From positions 34,181 to 98,180 of IMG/VR virus record IMGVR_UViG_3300046683_000929: a DNA stretch of 64,000 nt. The stretch is one strand, 5' to 3'. This document shows, piece after piece, positions 46,716 to 56,991 of this stretch. The position numbers were made by a program, and so were the translations under genes. This DNA is from a virus. The first letter of the stretch is position 1; the number at the start of each line of letters is the position of its first letter. The notes beneath the pieces are model-generated. The model was given only the letters and a program-made list of their open reading frames with translations, did no database searches and was not told where the DNA came from.

Positions 46716-47633
46716 TTATCTAAAAAACAGTTCGTTAACCTGTAATAACGTAAGTGAATTTCCTGATGCTTGACGATGTCCGCCTCCGGAATATATTTTT
46801 GATAAGGCAGAGCAATCTATGTCTTTAGTGGTATATATTGACATTTTGCACTCTGATTTGGTTACTCTGAATGGTATCATCAAATCATGTTTAGCCTCGT
46901 TGTAAACGCTTTTAAAAGCGTTTGAATTAAAGGCTGCACCATTTATGCAAATTGCCCTATAGCCATGAAAATCTATCTCAAATGCCGACTTTGCCACAAA
47001 CTCATCAACCATTCCTTGATACTTCAAAATTGCATGGCCTTCCCGGACAACATCGCGAACAAATTCATTATCCCTTAAAATACTGTAAGGGAATGTTTCT
47101 GGTGATGAACAGTGAACCCTCATGCCATATTGGAAGGGCAGAATATCTGTTTGCCAAAAGTTTGTTTTTTCATTGCGCCAGGTATCATATTGACCCAATA
47201 AAGATATTGCCTCTGGCATGGTTCTGTCGGGAAAGAAATATTTCCAGGCTATTTCGCAAGCTGCTACACCATCTTCCAAAATAGCCTCAATATGATCATA
47301 TTCTTGAGACTTAAAGTTGGCGAAATCATTAATGGAAGTTTTGTGGTGATCTATCCAGGTGAACTTGTTTTTTGAATGCCGGGCAAGCCTATACATATCT
47401 GCCATAGGCAACGAAACGTCAAGCATAACAACTGGCTGATTAGGTTCTATAAAACCCCATGGGAACGGCTCGTCATAGTCGTACCCAATAAGTATTGGTT
47501 CACGGTTATTATCGCGTACCGCCATTGCAGCAATAGCGCCACTGGTGAAACCATCTAAGTCTCTCGAATGATATATGATGTACATATTTAAAGTTTGTTT
47601 ATTTCGGCTTGTAAATTCTGGTAGTACTCCCAA
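46716..47633 (-). CDS. DHH/DHHA1 phosphoesterase (start probably at MYIIYH)
   Basis: YHSRDLDG, LDVS, WIDHHKT, GGGHRQA. Confidence 0.88.
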   Translation of the reverse strand: MGVLPEFTSRNKQTLNMYIIYHSRDLDGFTSGAIAAMAVRDNNREPILIGYDYDEPFPWGFIEPNQPVVMLDVSLPMADMYRLARHSKNKFTWIDHHKTSINDFANFKSQEYDHIEAILEDGVAACEIAWKYFFPDRTMPEAISLLGQYDTWRNEKTNFWQTDILPFQYGMRVHCSSPETFPYSILRDNEFVRDVVREGHAILKYQGMVDEFVAKSAFEIDFHGYRAICINGAAFNSNAFKSVYNEAKHDLMIPFRVTKSECKMSIYTTKDIDCSALSKIYSGGGHRQASGNSLTLLQVNELFFR

Positions 47634-48367
47634 CCTAGTTCATGTACTCTGTAATCCGTTAGATCGCCATCGGCTTTAAACCCAGCAAGAGTAACAGGAA
47701 CTGAATCAGAAAAGTCAATCAAGATTATCTTCTCATTATCTACATTCTCTACCACCTTTGTTTGGGATATGAAGTCTGATAAGTTGCTATACATAATTTA
47801 AGAAATTAGTTTTTTTAAAATAGTTGGATGGATAAGAGCCCTTTTAATTGGCTTGAAATCTGCTAATCCATAGGTCGGCTGCAACCAAAGGCCCGGAACC
47901 TCCCCGCATCCATCCTTATCTGCCCGCGAACTATACACATGAATTTCTCCAGAATGAGTACCATTGCTTTCTACAGCAGGATAGCAAGCACATCCCCAAT
48001 ACTCATTACGTTTTCGCCCGTAATTATTTGCTGGTGTCCAGTCCTTTTTTAGGACATATCCAAGATAAATGAATTGTTTACCATTGGTTAAAATCGTGCC
48101 TTCTTTATAGTTAACCTCATTATAACTGGATTCTTTTTTTACTGTATTTCGCTGATTTACAACAATCATATCATCTGTTAATCCGTGATATGAGGCTTTA
48201 AAATCTCCATCATTTTGCCAATCACGAATAGCGGCATTTACTGCATGCGTACGGAGATGGGCTTGATTTAATTTTGGCCTCAAAACTCTGCTTATCGCAA
48301 TGATAGAATCTATAAGTCCTACTATTATACCCTCTTCTGTTCTGCAATCTGTTTTTGTTGTTTCCAT
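47588..48367 (-). CDS. Two hypothetical genes (47588-47794, 47798-48367)
   Basis: Co-oriented packed ORFs. Confidence 0.55.
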
Positions 48368-49167
48368 TAATAATTAAAGATTAGTTTATTCATAACCTTA
48401 GTTGCAAGCTCAATTCCTTTTGATGTAATAGTATATGCCAGTTTTTGCCTGACCCCTCTGCGCGATAGATACCCATCGTTATAAAGCTCTAAAAGGGCCC
48501 CTGACAAGTCCGCCCGGTTGCTTGTATATGCGTGCCGAAAGGCTATGCCATAAAAATCTTTACCAAACTGCTCTCCGCTGAAGAAATAAAACAATGCGTA
48601 TAGCTTAGGAACTGATAATTTAAAATCTATAATGACATCTTTTTTATGTCCTTCATAATGAGCAAACATGCGCATCAAGTTATTCAATGCACGGTAATAT
48701 TCCTTATATTTTGTTTCACGCTTAGATACTTTTTTAGGATGAGCCGCCTGGATTAAATTATTTATATCAGAGCATTTGACATGGGCCATATATTGCATCG
48801 CCTGCATTAACTCCTTATCGCCCTGTACGAATAATGAATGAACTCCCATTTCATCAAGAAGTTCACTATTCTTTAATCTACCTGCCTGGGCCTGTATAGC
48901 CGCCTTAAATTCTTTAGCTGAAACTCCACCATCTGGTGCCTCTGTTGCAATTATTATCTTATGCTTAAAACATACTGACAATAAATACATCTTTTCAGTA
49001 AAATTTAGCTTGTCAATAACATAGATTCCATTCTTGAATATCTTGAATTTCAGCTCACTTGGAATTAATTCAGATTGCTCTGGAGTAATTTTATTCAATA
49101 GCCCATATATATGATCATCGAAATTTGGTACATAAATATCAAGATTTCTAATGTTTCCGCCACGCAT
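48367..49167 (-). CDS. Protein with C-terminal winged-helix DNA-binding domain
   Basis: LLELYNDGYLSRR...YTITSKGIEL. Confidence 0.55.
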   Translation of the reverse strand: MRGGNIRNLDIYVPNFDDHIYGLLNKITPEQSELIPSELKFKIFKNGIYVIDKLNFTEKMYLLSVCFKHKIIIATEAPDGGVSAKEFKAAIQAQAGRLKNSELLDEMGVHSLFVQGDKELMQAMQYMAHVKCSDINNLIQAAHPKKVSKRETKYKEYYRALNNLMRMFAHYEGHKKDVIIDFKLSVPKLYALFYFFSGEQFGKDFYGIAFRHAYTSNRADLSGALLELYNDGYLSRRGVRQKLAYTITSKGIELATKVMNKLIFNY

Positions 49168-49242
49168 AATTTGTATCTATTTGCTACACTAATTAATAAA
49201 ATTATGCTTGCCTAATTTTATTAATTGCATAAGTAAAATATT

Positions 49243-50673
49243 TTATTCTGGGGTAGCCTCAATAATCTCCACCGCAAACTCTGCATCTGGAACTGTCATC
49301 TCCACCAGGTACTGCACATTGAACTTCTCGCAAGCTTTCCTTACCTCTTTTAACTTTGAACCTAAGTCCTGGGCATTAGGTATGATGATAAAGTTTCCCC
49401 CATTAGGATTAAGCGCCAGTTGTATTTCGGCAGTGATACGAATCTGTTCGCCGGTACTCAGGTTGTCAGCAGAGAACTCTCTGCCGTTGTACAGCACGAT
49501 TAAGCTTCCGCTCTTGTCTTGACCTATCGACAATTCTTTAAGTGGCAGAGCGGCCTTAAAAAAGGCATCGTTCTCTTCGCGCTTAGCTTTTATCTTAGCG
49601 TCAAGGTCGTTCCATTTGGCATCAAGCTCAAGCCACTCTTCATATGCATCAACTCCCTTTAAAAAGGCAGCCTTCTGAATACCGAACTCAATAATATCAT
49701 TAAGGGTATCAGTGTAAATTTTATCGGCCTCCAAAACTATTTTGGCATTTGCCTGTTCTATTTTGGCCAGGTCAGCAGTGACTTTATCGTATGCCTTTTT
49801 GGAAAGCAGTTTCTTTTCCTCCTGCTTTATCATACCCTTCGCTTCCGCTATTTCAGTTTTCTTTTCGCCTAATAGCTCTTGAAGTTTTTTTATCTGTTCT
49901 TCAATGTCAACTATTTCGGTTTCTGTCATTCTTATAGCTTGGTTTATAAGATCGATTTCAACAGTAGAATCAACGTGGGCATCCAGCTTTGCCTTAAGAT
50001 CGGCAACCGGCTTTTGGGTGTCCAGGTGTTTTTTCTTTGCATCCTCTGCCTCTTTTTGATCACGTTCCTTATCGAAGTATTCAGCACGCTCATCAACAGT
50101 ATCAAGATCAATGCTATTCCACAACTCTTTTTTAACCTCGCGTTGAGTGCCGATAGGGCCGCGCTCCTTTTCCCATTTGGTTATATCCTCCTGGTTCTTA
50201 TCAATAACATCGCCGCCAATGGCATCGCGCATGTACTGGTAGCGGGCAGTAGGGGATGCCCGCTTGTTGAAATACTCATTGAACTCAAATTTGCTATGAG
50301 TGAAAACATTATTGAACACATCGCTCATAATATTTTTTAGGCTGAGCTTGGAGTTATCCGGGCCGCGCACCTCAAACCTGCCATTATCAATGGTTCCGTC
50401 TTTCCTACGAAAGAACTTCCGGATTACAGTATATGTTTTGCCATTGGCTGCGGTATAATGAGATTTGGTAAAACCCTCATCCTTTCCGTCAGCTAATGGG
50501 TTTGTAGGATATCCTCCCTGGTCAATATGCGCAAGGATAGCTTTTGATAGCGTTGTTTTGCCAGTACCCGAATCACCGACAACAATCATTGACTCGCCAT
50601 TTGGATTGATTACTAGATGCTCGTGTATCCCGAAGTTAAAGAGCTCAATTCTTTGAAGTCCGATATTTTGCAT
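49243..50673 (-). CDS. SMC/RecN-like ABC ATPase with coiled coil
   Basis: IELFNF, GDSGTGKT, long coiled coil, LSTGEQ signature. Confidence 0.8.
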   Translation of the reverse strand: MQNIGLQRIELFNFGIHEHLVINPNGESMIVVGDSGTGKTTLSKAILAHIDQGGYPTNPLADGKDEGFTKSHYTAANGKTYTVIRKFFRRKDGTIDNGRFEVRGPDNSKLSLKNIMSDVFNNVFTHSKFEFNEYFNKRASPTARYQYMRDAIGGDVIDKNQEDITKWEKERGPIGTQREVKKELWNSIDLDTVDERAEYFDKERDQKEAEDAKKKHLDTQKPVADLKAKLDAHVDSTVEIDLINQAIRMTETEIVDIEEQIKKLQELLGEKKTEIAEAKGMIKQEEKKLLSKKAYDKVTADLAKIEQANAKIVLEADKIYTDTLNDIIEFGIQKAAFLKGVDAYEEWLELDAKWNDLDAKIKAKREENDAFFKAALPLKELSIGQDKSGSLIVLYNGREFSADNLSTGEQIRITAEIQLALNPNGGNFIIIPNAQDLGSKLKEVRKACEKFNVQYLVEMTVPDAEFAVEIIEATPE

Positions 50674-50684
50674 GGTTTTGGTGG

Positions 50685-51137
50685 TTATTTGTTTTCAGGA
50701 AAAATGATAGCATCAACGGCGGCCCAGTCAACATATGGGCGAGAAGAGAAATCAAGATTAAATAATAATGGGCAGCCCAAAGCTGCGTCGTCAATATAAG
50801 TATGGCAATAAGCTTTTGGCGATGAAGTCCATGCCTTTTGTGTTGGGTTTTCTTGAATTCCCCATAGTGGAATATCCCTGTCTGAAAACCATTTTATAGC
50901 ATGATCCAAGAAGCTATCGGCCCCGCATTTAATTAATGTAGGATCTTCTATAACCGGAGACTCTGTAGTATTACTACGCATCGTCCATAAAACAAGCTTA
51001 CCGCCTGCAGCGACTATCTTTTTTAGGACATCAACAGCGCCTGGACAATCTTCTCCCATTTCAGGAAACGCATGATTAACACAGGTACCATCGAAATCAA
51101 TGCCAAATATATGGCCGGGCTTAAATGAATGGTGCAT
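50685..51137 (-). CDS. HAD-superfamily phosphatase (BT0820-like)
   Basis: GIDFDGT, LWTMR, YIDD. Confidence 0.82.
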   Translation of the reverse strand: MHHSFKPGHIFGIDFDGTCVNHAFPEMGEDCPGAVDVLKKIVAAGGKLVLWTMRSNTTESPVIEDPTLIKCGADSFLDHAIKWFSDRDIPLWGIQENPTQKAWTSSPKAYCHTYIDDAALGCPLLFNLDFSSRPYVDWAAVDAIIFPENK

Positions 51138-51142
51138 ATATT

Positions 51143-51619
51143 TTAGCTTAAGTTTTTTAGCATGTATTGCTTGTACTGATCCGCATACTGGAAAATCAAT
51201 TCAGGAGTAGCGTCATGGCGGTTGGCCCAATATTGAAGAGAATACCGCAGCGCAAGCTCACCTGGCGTGCCGGTTATTATCCTGGTAGTAGGGCTGGGAA
51301 CGTATTGATCTGGTGATGGGCTTTGAATATCTTGATAAGTAGCCTGTACGGGATTAACGGCGTTTACACCAAGGGTATGAAGGGTTTTCGATACGCTTTT
51401 AACTGTGATGTTAATGATATCGCCCTCAACAAAGGCCACATTTGTACTTGCACTGCATATCTGGCCATCATATTCCTCAAGATCATCAAGCTGAAAACGA
51501 ACATGGTGGCAGTACCACTGAACAGCTGGCGTAGTTCTTGTATTAAGATAAGAGTCAGCATTAAGCTTTAACTCAATTACGCTTACGTCGGCAGTAAAAC
51601 CCTTTAATAACGTCTCCAT
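51143..51619 (-). CDS. Hypothetical protein, possible OB-fold ssDNA-binding protein
   Basis: Beta-rich N-terminus, P/Q linker, short helical C-terminus; next to recombination-type ATPase. Confidence 0.3.
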   Translation of the reverse strand: METLLKGFTADVSVIELKLNADSYLNTRTTPAVQWYCHHVRFQLDDLEEYDGQICSASTNVAFVEGDIINITVKSVSKTLHTLGVNAVNPVQATYQDIQSPSPDQYVPSPTTRIITGTPGELALRYSLQYWANRHDATPELIFQYADQYKQYMLKNLS

Positions 51620-51822
51620 TACTTTGATTCGAAATGATTTTCAATGTCAAACTCTTTTGACCCTTTGGTCAGGATGATACTTAATATATCCCCTTTCTTT
51701 GGCTGTTTAACTCCTTTTGCAATAGCATATGCATTAAGTTTATTGCACAAGGTATTAAATGCTGATATAGCAGATGTGTTTACCTGCTGGCTTAATACTG
51801 CTGTTGTTTTTACTTCCGGCAT
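51619..51822 (-). CDS. Small protein, possible RHH-like regulator
   Basis: 67 aa; first gene after a promoter. Confidence 0.4.
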   Translation of the reverse strand: MPEVKTTAVLSQQVNTSAISAFNTLCNKLNAYAIAKGVKQPKKGDILSIILTKGSKEFDIENHFESK

Positions 51823-51841
51823 TTTTTTATTTTTTATTTAT

Positions 51842-51871
51842 CAAATGTAATATTTATTTTTTTATTTCAAA
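51842..51871 (-). promoter_or_regulatory. Bacteroidota sigma-A type promoter
   Basis: TTTG-N18-TACATTTG. Confidence 0.65.
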
Positions 51872-51885
51872 ATGCTTTTTAAAAA

Positions 51886-53625
51886 TTATTCTTCAAAAGA
51901 TGGTAAATATTCCTTGATGAAGTTGATCGACTCAACATTTATCTCTTCGCCATTTTTATAGTACTTGCTTAGCAGCTTGAGCGCATTACGCACATCACGG
52001 CCAGACATTGGAAACTTAGCTACAATTTCTTTAATGTTTGGAGCTGGCATATTAACTCCAAATGCGGGAATATGCGTTTGCCAAATTTTAACCAGGTTCT
52101 CAGGTGATGGATTATTGTAGGGTATAGCAACTGTTACCCTGGACATGATTGCCTCATCTACGATATTTTTCCTATTGGTGGTAAGAAATAAAATCCCATT
52201 GTAATATTCAAGCAGACGAAGAAAGGTACCAACAATGGCATTCTGGATCATATCCTGGCCGCGCTTGTAAACATAGGTATCCGCCTCATCAATCATTAAT
52301 ATACAACTCCACCTTTCAGCGCGGCGAAGAACCGCAGATAACTTCTTTTCTATATCATCAACATCTACTCCCAGTTGAGATGACTGGATCTGATATAGCG
52401 GCTTTTCTACATACTCAGAATATATTTCGCCGGTCAAAGTTTTACCGTTTCCAGGAGGGCCATATCCCAGAATAACGAGCCCTCCAGACTTGCCTTCAAT
52501 GATGTCCTTACCCTCCATTTGAACTTCCCCATCGACCAAAGAATTAATCAAGGTTTTAATACTATCATCAACTATTAATTCGGATAACAGCTTTTTATTA
52601 TAGACATACTTATCCAAAATAGAGATATGGCATGTCACATCCCGGTGCTTCGTGATATCATACATCTTAACATAAAGATGATAGGGCAGGTAGTTATAAC
52701 CGAACTGTGGGGAATTATATGTAATGGGAAAACCTTCGCCTGCCTTCTTAACTATAAACTCGTCGACAACAAGCTTACACATTTTCTTTTCATCATAAAA
52801 ATCAGTTGCCCTCGATGATGCATACCAAGTACTTCCGCTGGTAAATCCCTTACCCTCCGATGTATACTGATGTCCCACCTTTGTTAATTGAACATCTTGC
52901 CATAAATCATAGTGCTTAACGTAATCCTCTTTAAGGTCCTCGGTATTATAGAATATGAGTTTATTAAATAAAATAGCCCGCAGGCCCAAATACTCTTTCT
53001 TTTCAACCTTGTCCAATTCTTTCTTTTCACTCTCATCGGCATCAAGTTCACGCAGATCACTTTCATCAATGTCAAAATATCCCGATGTTTCAATATTTAC
53101 AGCTGCCCCTTTTTTAATAAAGTCTTTAGCATAAAATGATATATAAGTACTAGAACTCTTGCCTTCTCCATCACCTATTGCTCCATAGACAAGGTTTAAT
53201 CTAATATGCCGTGGACTATCTTTTCTCGCAGGAATATTCTCCACGCCATTTGCCAGGTAAGGCAATAAAACACCATCCGAACCATTTCTCCAAAACCATT
53301 TTGTCTTTTGCTGCATAATAAACCCTGTCAATGAAATCTTAAAGGAGTCTAATGTTTTAATTACTTCCTTTTCTGGATTTTCAGTAGCCTCAATATACCT
53401 GGTAATTTTATCTACAACTGATTTTGGAGCCAATGACCTAACCTTGAAATATAGGCTCTTAACTTCCACAACCTCCAATTCAGCAAGGTTCATTTTAAAA
53501 GTTTCGATATCATCCATAACGGATACCGGCGAACCAAGCTTACTTGATATACGCCAGTCACCTTTTATTAATTTCGTTTCTTTGAATAACCTTTTTGCCA
53601 GGCTCAGCTTAATGTTTACTATCAT
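51886..53625 (-). CDS. AAA+ ATPase with large N-terminal domain
   Basis: GPPGNGKT, LMIDEAD, FLRLLEYYNGILFLTTNR, SGRDVRN. Confidence 0.88.
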   Translation of the reverse strand: MIVNIKLSLAKRLFKETKLIKGDWRISSKLGSPVSVMDDIETFKMNLAELEVVEVKSLYFKVRSLAPKSVVDKITRYIEATENPEKEVIKTLDSFKISLTGFIMQQKTKWFWRNGSDGVLLPYLANGVENIPARKDSPRHIRLNLVYGAIGDGEGKSSSTYISFYAKDFIKKGAAVNIETSGYFDIDESDLRELDADESEKKELDKVEKKEYLGLRAILFNKLIFYNTEDLKEDYVKHYDLWQDVQLTKVGHQYTSEGKGFTSGSTWYASSRATDFYDEKKMCKLVVDEFIVKKAGEGFPITYNSPQFGYNYLPYHLYVKMYDITKHRDVTCHISILDKYVYNKKLLSELIVDDSIKTLINSLVDGEVQMEGKDIIEGKSGGLVILGYGPPGNGKTLTGEIYSEYVEKPLYQIQSSQLGVDVDDIEKKLSAVLRRAERWSCILMIDEADTYVYKRGQDMIQNAIVGTFLRLLEYYNGILFLTTNRKNIVDEAIMSRVTVAIPYNNPSPENLVKIWQTHIPAFGVNMPAPNIKEIVAKFPMSGRDVRNALKLLSKYYKNGEEINVESINFIKEYLPSFEE

Positions 53626-53634
53626 GTGGTGGTT

Positions 53635-54048
53635 TTATTCTATTAATTTAAGGCCGGCAGCAATAGCCTGTTCCATACTCATTACATCATGAACTATGTG
53701 GTGGCAATGCCAGCATGTCGCCCGCCAGGTTGATTGAACTAAAAAATATTTTGAACGAGAAGCGCCGCTGTATAAATGATGGACGGCAGTCGATACACCT
53801 ACACACCCTTCAAGCTTTAACTGACACTCAGAGTTATCCTTTACAAATTGTTTAGCAGCGGGCTGGTAAACCTTGTTTTCCCGCTTGCGATTATCCGACT
53901 CATTAGCTATGGGAGTAGTTGATTTTTTAATTGGCTTACGCTCTTTGGGTTTCCATTCTCCAGATGCTATCGCAGCAGCACGCTTCTTGCTAACTTTAGG
54001 GATAACATATATCTTCTTTTTCTTTTCGGGCTGATCAGATTTAAGCAT
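53635..54048 (-). CDS. HNH-like zinc-binding nuclease
   Basis: CQLKLEGC...VHH...CWHCHH. Confidence 0.6.
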   Translation of the reverse strand: MLKSDQPEKKKKIYVIPKVSKKRAAAIASGEWKPKERKPIKKSTTPIANESDNRKRENKVYQPAAKQFVKDNSECQLKLEGCVGVSTAVHHLYSGASRSKYFLVQSTWRATCWHCHHIVHDVMSMEQAIAAGLKLIE

Positions 54049-54235
54049 GAGTAAGCAGGTGTTTTAACTTCTCTACTGTGTCGATATCATCATATTGCTC
54101 CAATGCGGCATAGCCCATAAAATATTTAAACCGGGTACCATCCATATAATATAATCTACCCTTTTTAAATGGCATAGATACTCCGTCGCCTTTTCGGTTT
54201 ACAAACCCAAGGCTTAAAACTATTTGTTCATTCAT
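54041..54235 (-). CDS. Small hypothetical protein
   Basis: 64-aa packed ORF. Confidence 0.5.
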   Translation of the reverse strand: MNEQIVLSLGFVNRKGDGVSMPFKKGRLYYMDGTRFKYFMGYAALEQYDDIDTVEKLKHLLTHA

Positions 54236-54245
54236 GATAATTATT

Positions 54246-55715
54246 TTAAAACATTGTTAGTTGTGAATCCTTTAACTCCTGAATGTATTTTTCTCGGTTA
54301 GCTTTATTCTGCCAGTATTTTGTACGGCATTCTATGATGGGTATATACTCAGCCTCATTTTCAATTAGCACTATATCTACATCCTCGAATGCTGCAGCAC
54401 AACCGGAAGTGCCCGAGCCTGCAAATGGATCTAATGTGCGGCCACCTTTTGGAGTAACCAAGCGAATTAGCCAGCGCATGAGGGAAATTGGCTTTATTGT
54501 TGGGTGCGAGTTAGCTACTTGAATCTGAGCAGATGGATCATGCTTACAGTCGCCGCATTCACAAACTTGTAGTCTTAACCCAGAAGTGATGCAAACACCA
54601 TTGAAGCTCCTTCCCTTTTCATTTGCCACTCCGCCTTTCGCCGGAACCAGACTTTCACACCCAGCATTTCTCTCTTCTTGACTGGACTTAGCGCAGTAGA
54701 AGAACCTGGAAGCGCCGCCGCTATCACCAAATCCGGTCACCTCTTGCCCTGGCGCGTACTGCCCATAAATATTATTGCCAGCGGATCTCAAGCCGGAAGG
54801 CTTGCCGGAAGTTAACACACCGGTTTGCTCATCCATTACACTCCCCATGAATGGATCAAGAATAATATTAGCAGGGAATCGGCCCAAGGCATTAGCCTCA
54901 ATGTTTTTCCGCCCTGAAATAAGTTTACTACCAACATAATTTCCGCCCATAATATTGGTGCCAGTACCGTATGTTGCAGAAGCCAAATCATCCTGGCTAA
55001 CAAAGTCAATTCGGCATTCATCAATATTAATGCCGCCAGTACCATATTTCAAAACATTTTCGGCAACAGTTAACCCTTTTTGAATTGGCTTTCTGGCTAC
55101 ACATATAGGTTCACTGGCCGGCTTGAGCGCAGTGCCATATCCGTCCCATTGCTTAGCTGCATCTGTGGCTGCCTCGGTAATCTGTGGAACATATTCGCGC
55201 CCATTATCCTTAATCCAAGAACCTGTTTTATCTTGATCAGCACCAGGGATCATTCGCTTGACCGCCTTTCCTTCACTTACAACTTTTCTTTCAGCCCCCG
55301 CTTCCTTATCAAGGGCTTTAGATATATTTAGGCTTTTCGGAAAGCCACTGCCATATATCCAGCAAATCATATCTCGAATTTCAAAACCGGCAAGCCTAAT
55401 TGCCATAGTGCCCCAATCATAGGTCCGGGTACCAAAAAAAGACAACAGATACCCGCCCGGCTTAAGCACCCTGAATACTTCTTTCCAAAACATCGGTTGG
55501 GGCACAAATGAGTCCCATTTTTTACCCATAAAGCCAGAGCCCTTAACTTCCAAATACCCGTTATCAATCCACGCCCGCAACATATCTAAGGCCTTTGGCT
55601 CAGCACCAAAACCATAAGGACTATCTGTTACTACACTATCAAAGTAGTTGTCTGGGTACCCGCGTAGTACTTCGATGTTATCTCCGTACTTTATGATTAT
55701 TTCAGATGGCATCAA
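54246..55715 (-). CDS. DNA N6-adenine/N4-cytosine methyltransferase (beta class), orphan
   Basis: VTDSPYG catalytic motif, RVLKPGG, HPTIKP, LDPFAGSGT. Confidence 0.9.
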   Translation of the reverse strand: MMPSEIIIKYGDNIEVLRGYPDNYFDSVVTDSPYGFGAEPKALDMLRAWIDNGYLEVKGSGFMGKKWDSFVPQPMFWKEVFRVLKPGGYLLSFFGTRTYDWGTMAIRLAGFEIRDMICWIYGSGFPKSLNISKALDKEAGAERKVVSEGKAVKRMIPGADQDKTGSWIKDNGREYVPQITEAATDAAKQWDGYGTALKPASEPICVARKPIQKGLTVAENVLKYGTGGINIDECRIDFVSQDDLASATYGTGTNIMGGNYVGSKLISGRKNIEANALGRFPANIILDPFMGSVMDEQTGVLTSGKPSGLRSAGNNIYGQYAPGQEVTGFGDSGGASRFFYCAKSSQEERNAGCESLVPAKGGVANEKGRSFNGVCITSGLRLQVCECGDCKHDPSAQIQVANSHPTIKPISLMRWLIRLVTPKGGRTLDPFAGSGTSGCAAAFEDVDIVLIENEAEYIPIIECRTKYWQNKANREKYIQELKDSQLTMF

Positions 55716-56618
55716 TCTACTTTTTTAAGTTTATTAAGCGGCGGGAAGCAATACTCGTAACTTACCCATAGCTCTTTGTATTTATACATTTCTTGATCAT
55801 AAGGAATAGGCCACATCCTAATTGTTCCATTATCAAAGTCAACTGCTGTAATCAAACACTCTGTTCGTTCACCAGTTCTTTTGTTTACAACATCGTAAGG
55901 CATTGAATGCTTGAATGACCTACTCCTGAATTCCTGCTCAGTCATTTTTATTTATCCTATCAAGATATTCAACTGTTTTTTTTATAGCTATAGATGGTGA
56001 CAGTCCGCCGAAATCGATTAAATCAACCCCATCTTTAGCAATAAAAACATTCGTATTCCCTTCACCCCAAAACTGAATGCTTATTTCATATTTTCCAGCA
56101 TATACTAACATTTTATTATATGCTTCACGCTCTTTTAAAAGTTGATCGATATTTGAATACGCCTCATTAAGCATTCTTTCTGCTTGCCCTTTTATTGTCA
56201 TGTCTTACTAATTATTAAATCCCCGCAGTTTCGGGAACGGGTTGTACATTAATTAATTTCATCAGTATAGCTGTTTTAGCTTTTATATATTTTAGTTCTT
56301 CTTGTGGTGGGCATTTAAGCATCTCCAGGCGAGTTAATTCCTGACAGAAGAAACAGTTCTTCTTATCGCATAAGTGGTACTGGACGCTGCTTGTAGGTTC
56401 CATGGCTAAAAGTCAAGTTGAAAGGGCATGCCCCTTTTATGAACATAAAGCATGCATGGTTTTGCGGCAGGATGAACAACAAAAAACACCTCATAGTATT
56501 CTGCTCTATCGTTTGTCCCAAGATCCAAACATTCACCTACTCTTGGCTGATTATCCAGAAGTATTGTACCCCCAGTATGCGAATCTGAATTTTTTATTAT
56601 AACTGTGTAATTTTTCAT
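55712..56618 (-). CDS. Four small hypothetical genes (55712-55945, 55938-56201, 56215-56403, 56406-56618)
   Basis: Tightly packed co-oriented ORFs. Confidence 0.55.
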
Positions 56619-56631
56619 GGAGTAAAATATT

Positions 56632-56991
56632 TTAGACGTTAGCTATTTTAAGTAAGTAGTCAGCATGGCAAGAACAAGTTAAAGGACACCAGCAAGCCAG
56701 GTGCTTCCCACGAAGCAATGCTATGTTTTCACGCATCCAGATAGCCGCCGGCTCTTGTGAATAATATTGGTATGACATGAACAACTGTATTGACAACTCA
56801 CGATTAATAGTATCGCCACCGGCAATATATTTTGAATGCAATTCGCCAAGCGCATGTTCTGGAGGAACCTCGCTGATTTTTATACCAATTTTGAATGGGT
56901 TACCCCACTTAGATCCTCTACCTACATATACTGTGTTGCCAGGCATTCTCCATCCCTTGGATCTTTTACGTTGAATTCGTTGTGGGATCAT
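56632..56991 (-). CDS. DUF4326 family protein
   Basis: VYVGRGSKWGNPF, LRGKHLACWC, CHADYLL. Confidence 0.85.
   Translation of the reverse strand: MIPQRIQRKRSKGWRMPGNTVYVGRGSKWGNPFKIGIKISEVPPEHALGELHSKYIAGGDTINRELSIQLFMSYQYYSQEPAAIWMRENIALLRGKHLACWCPLTCSCHADYLLKIANV

Noticed and set aside
54246-55715. Restriction-modification system
   Set aside because: No recognisable cognate restriction endonuclease; treated as an orphan phage methyltransferase
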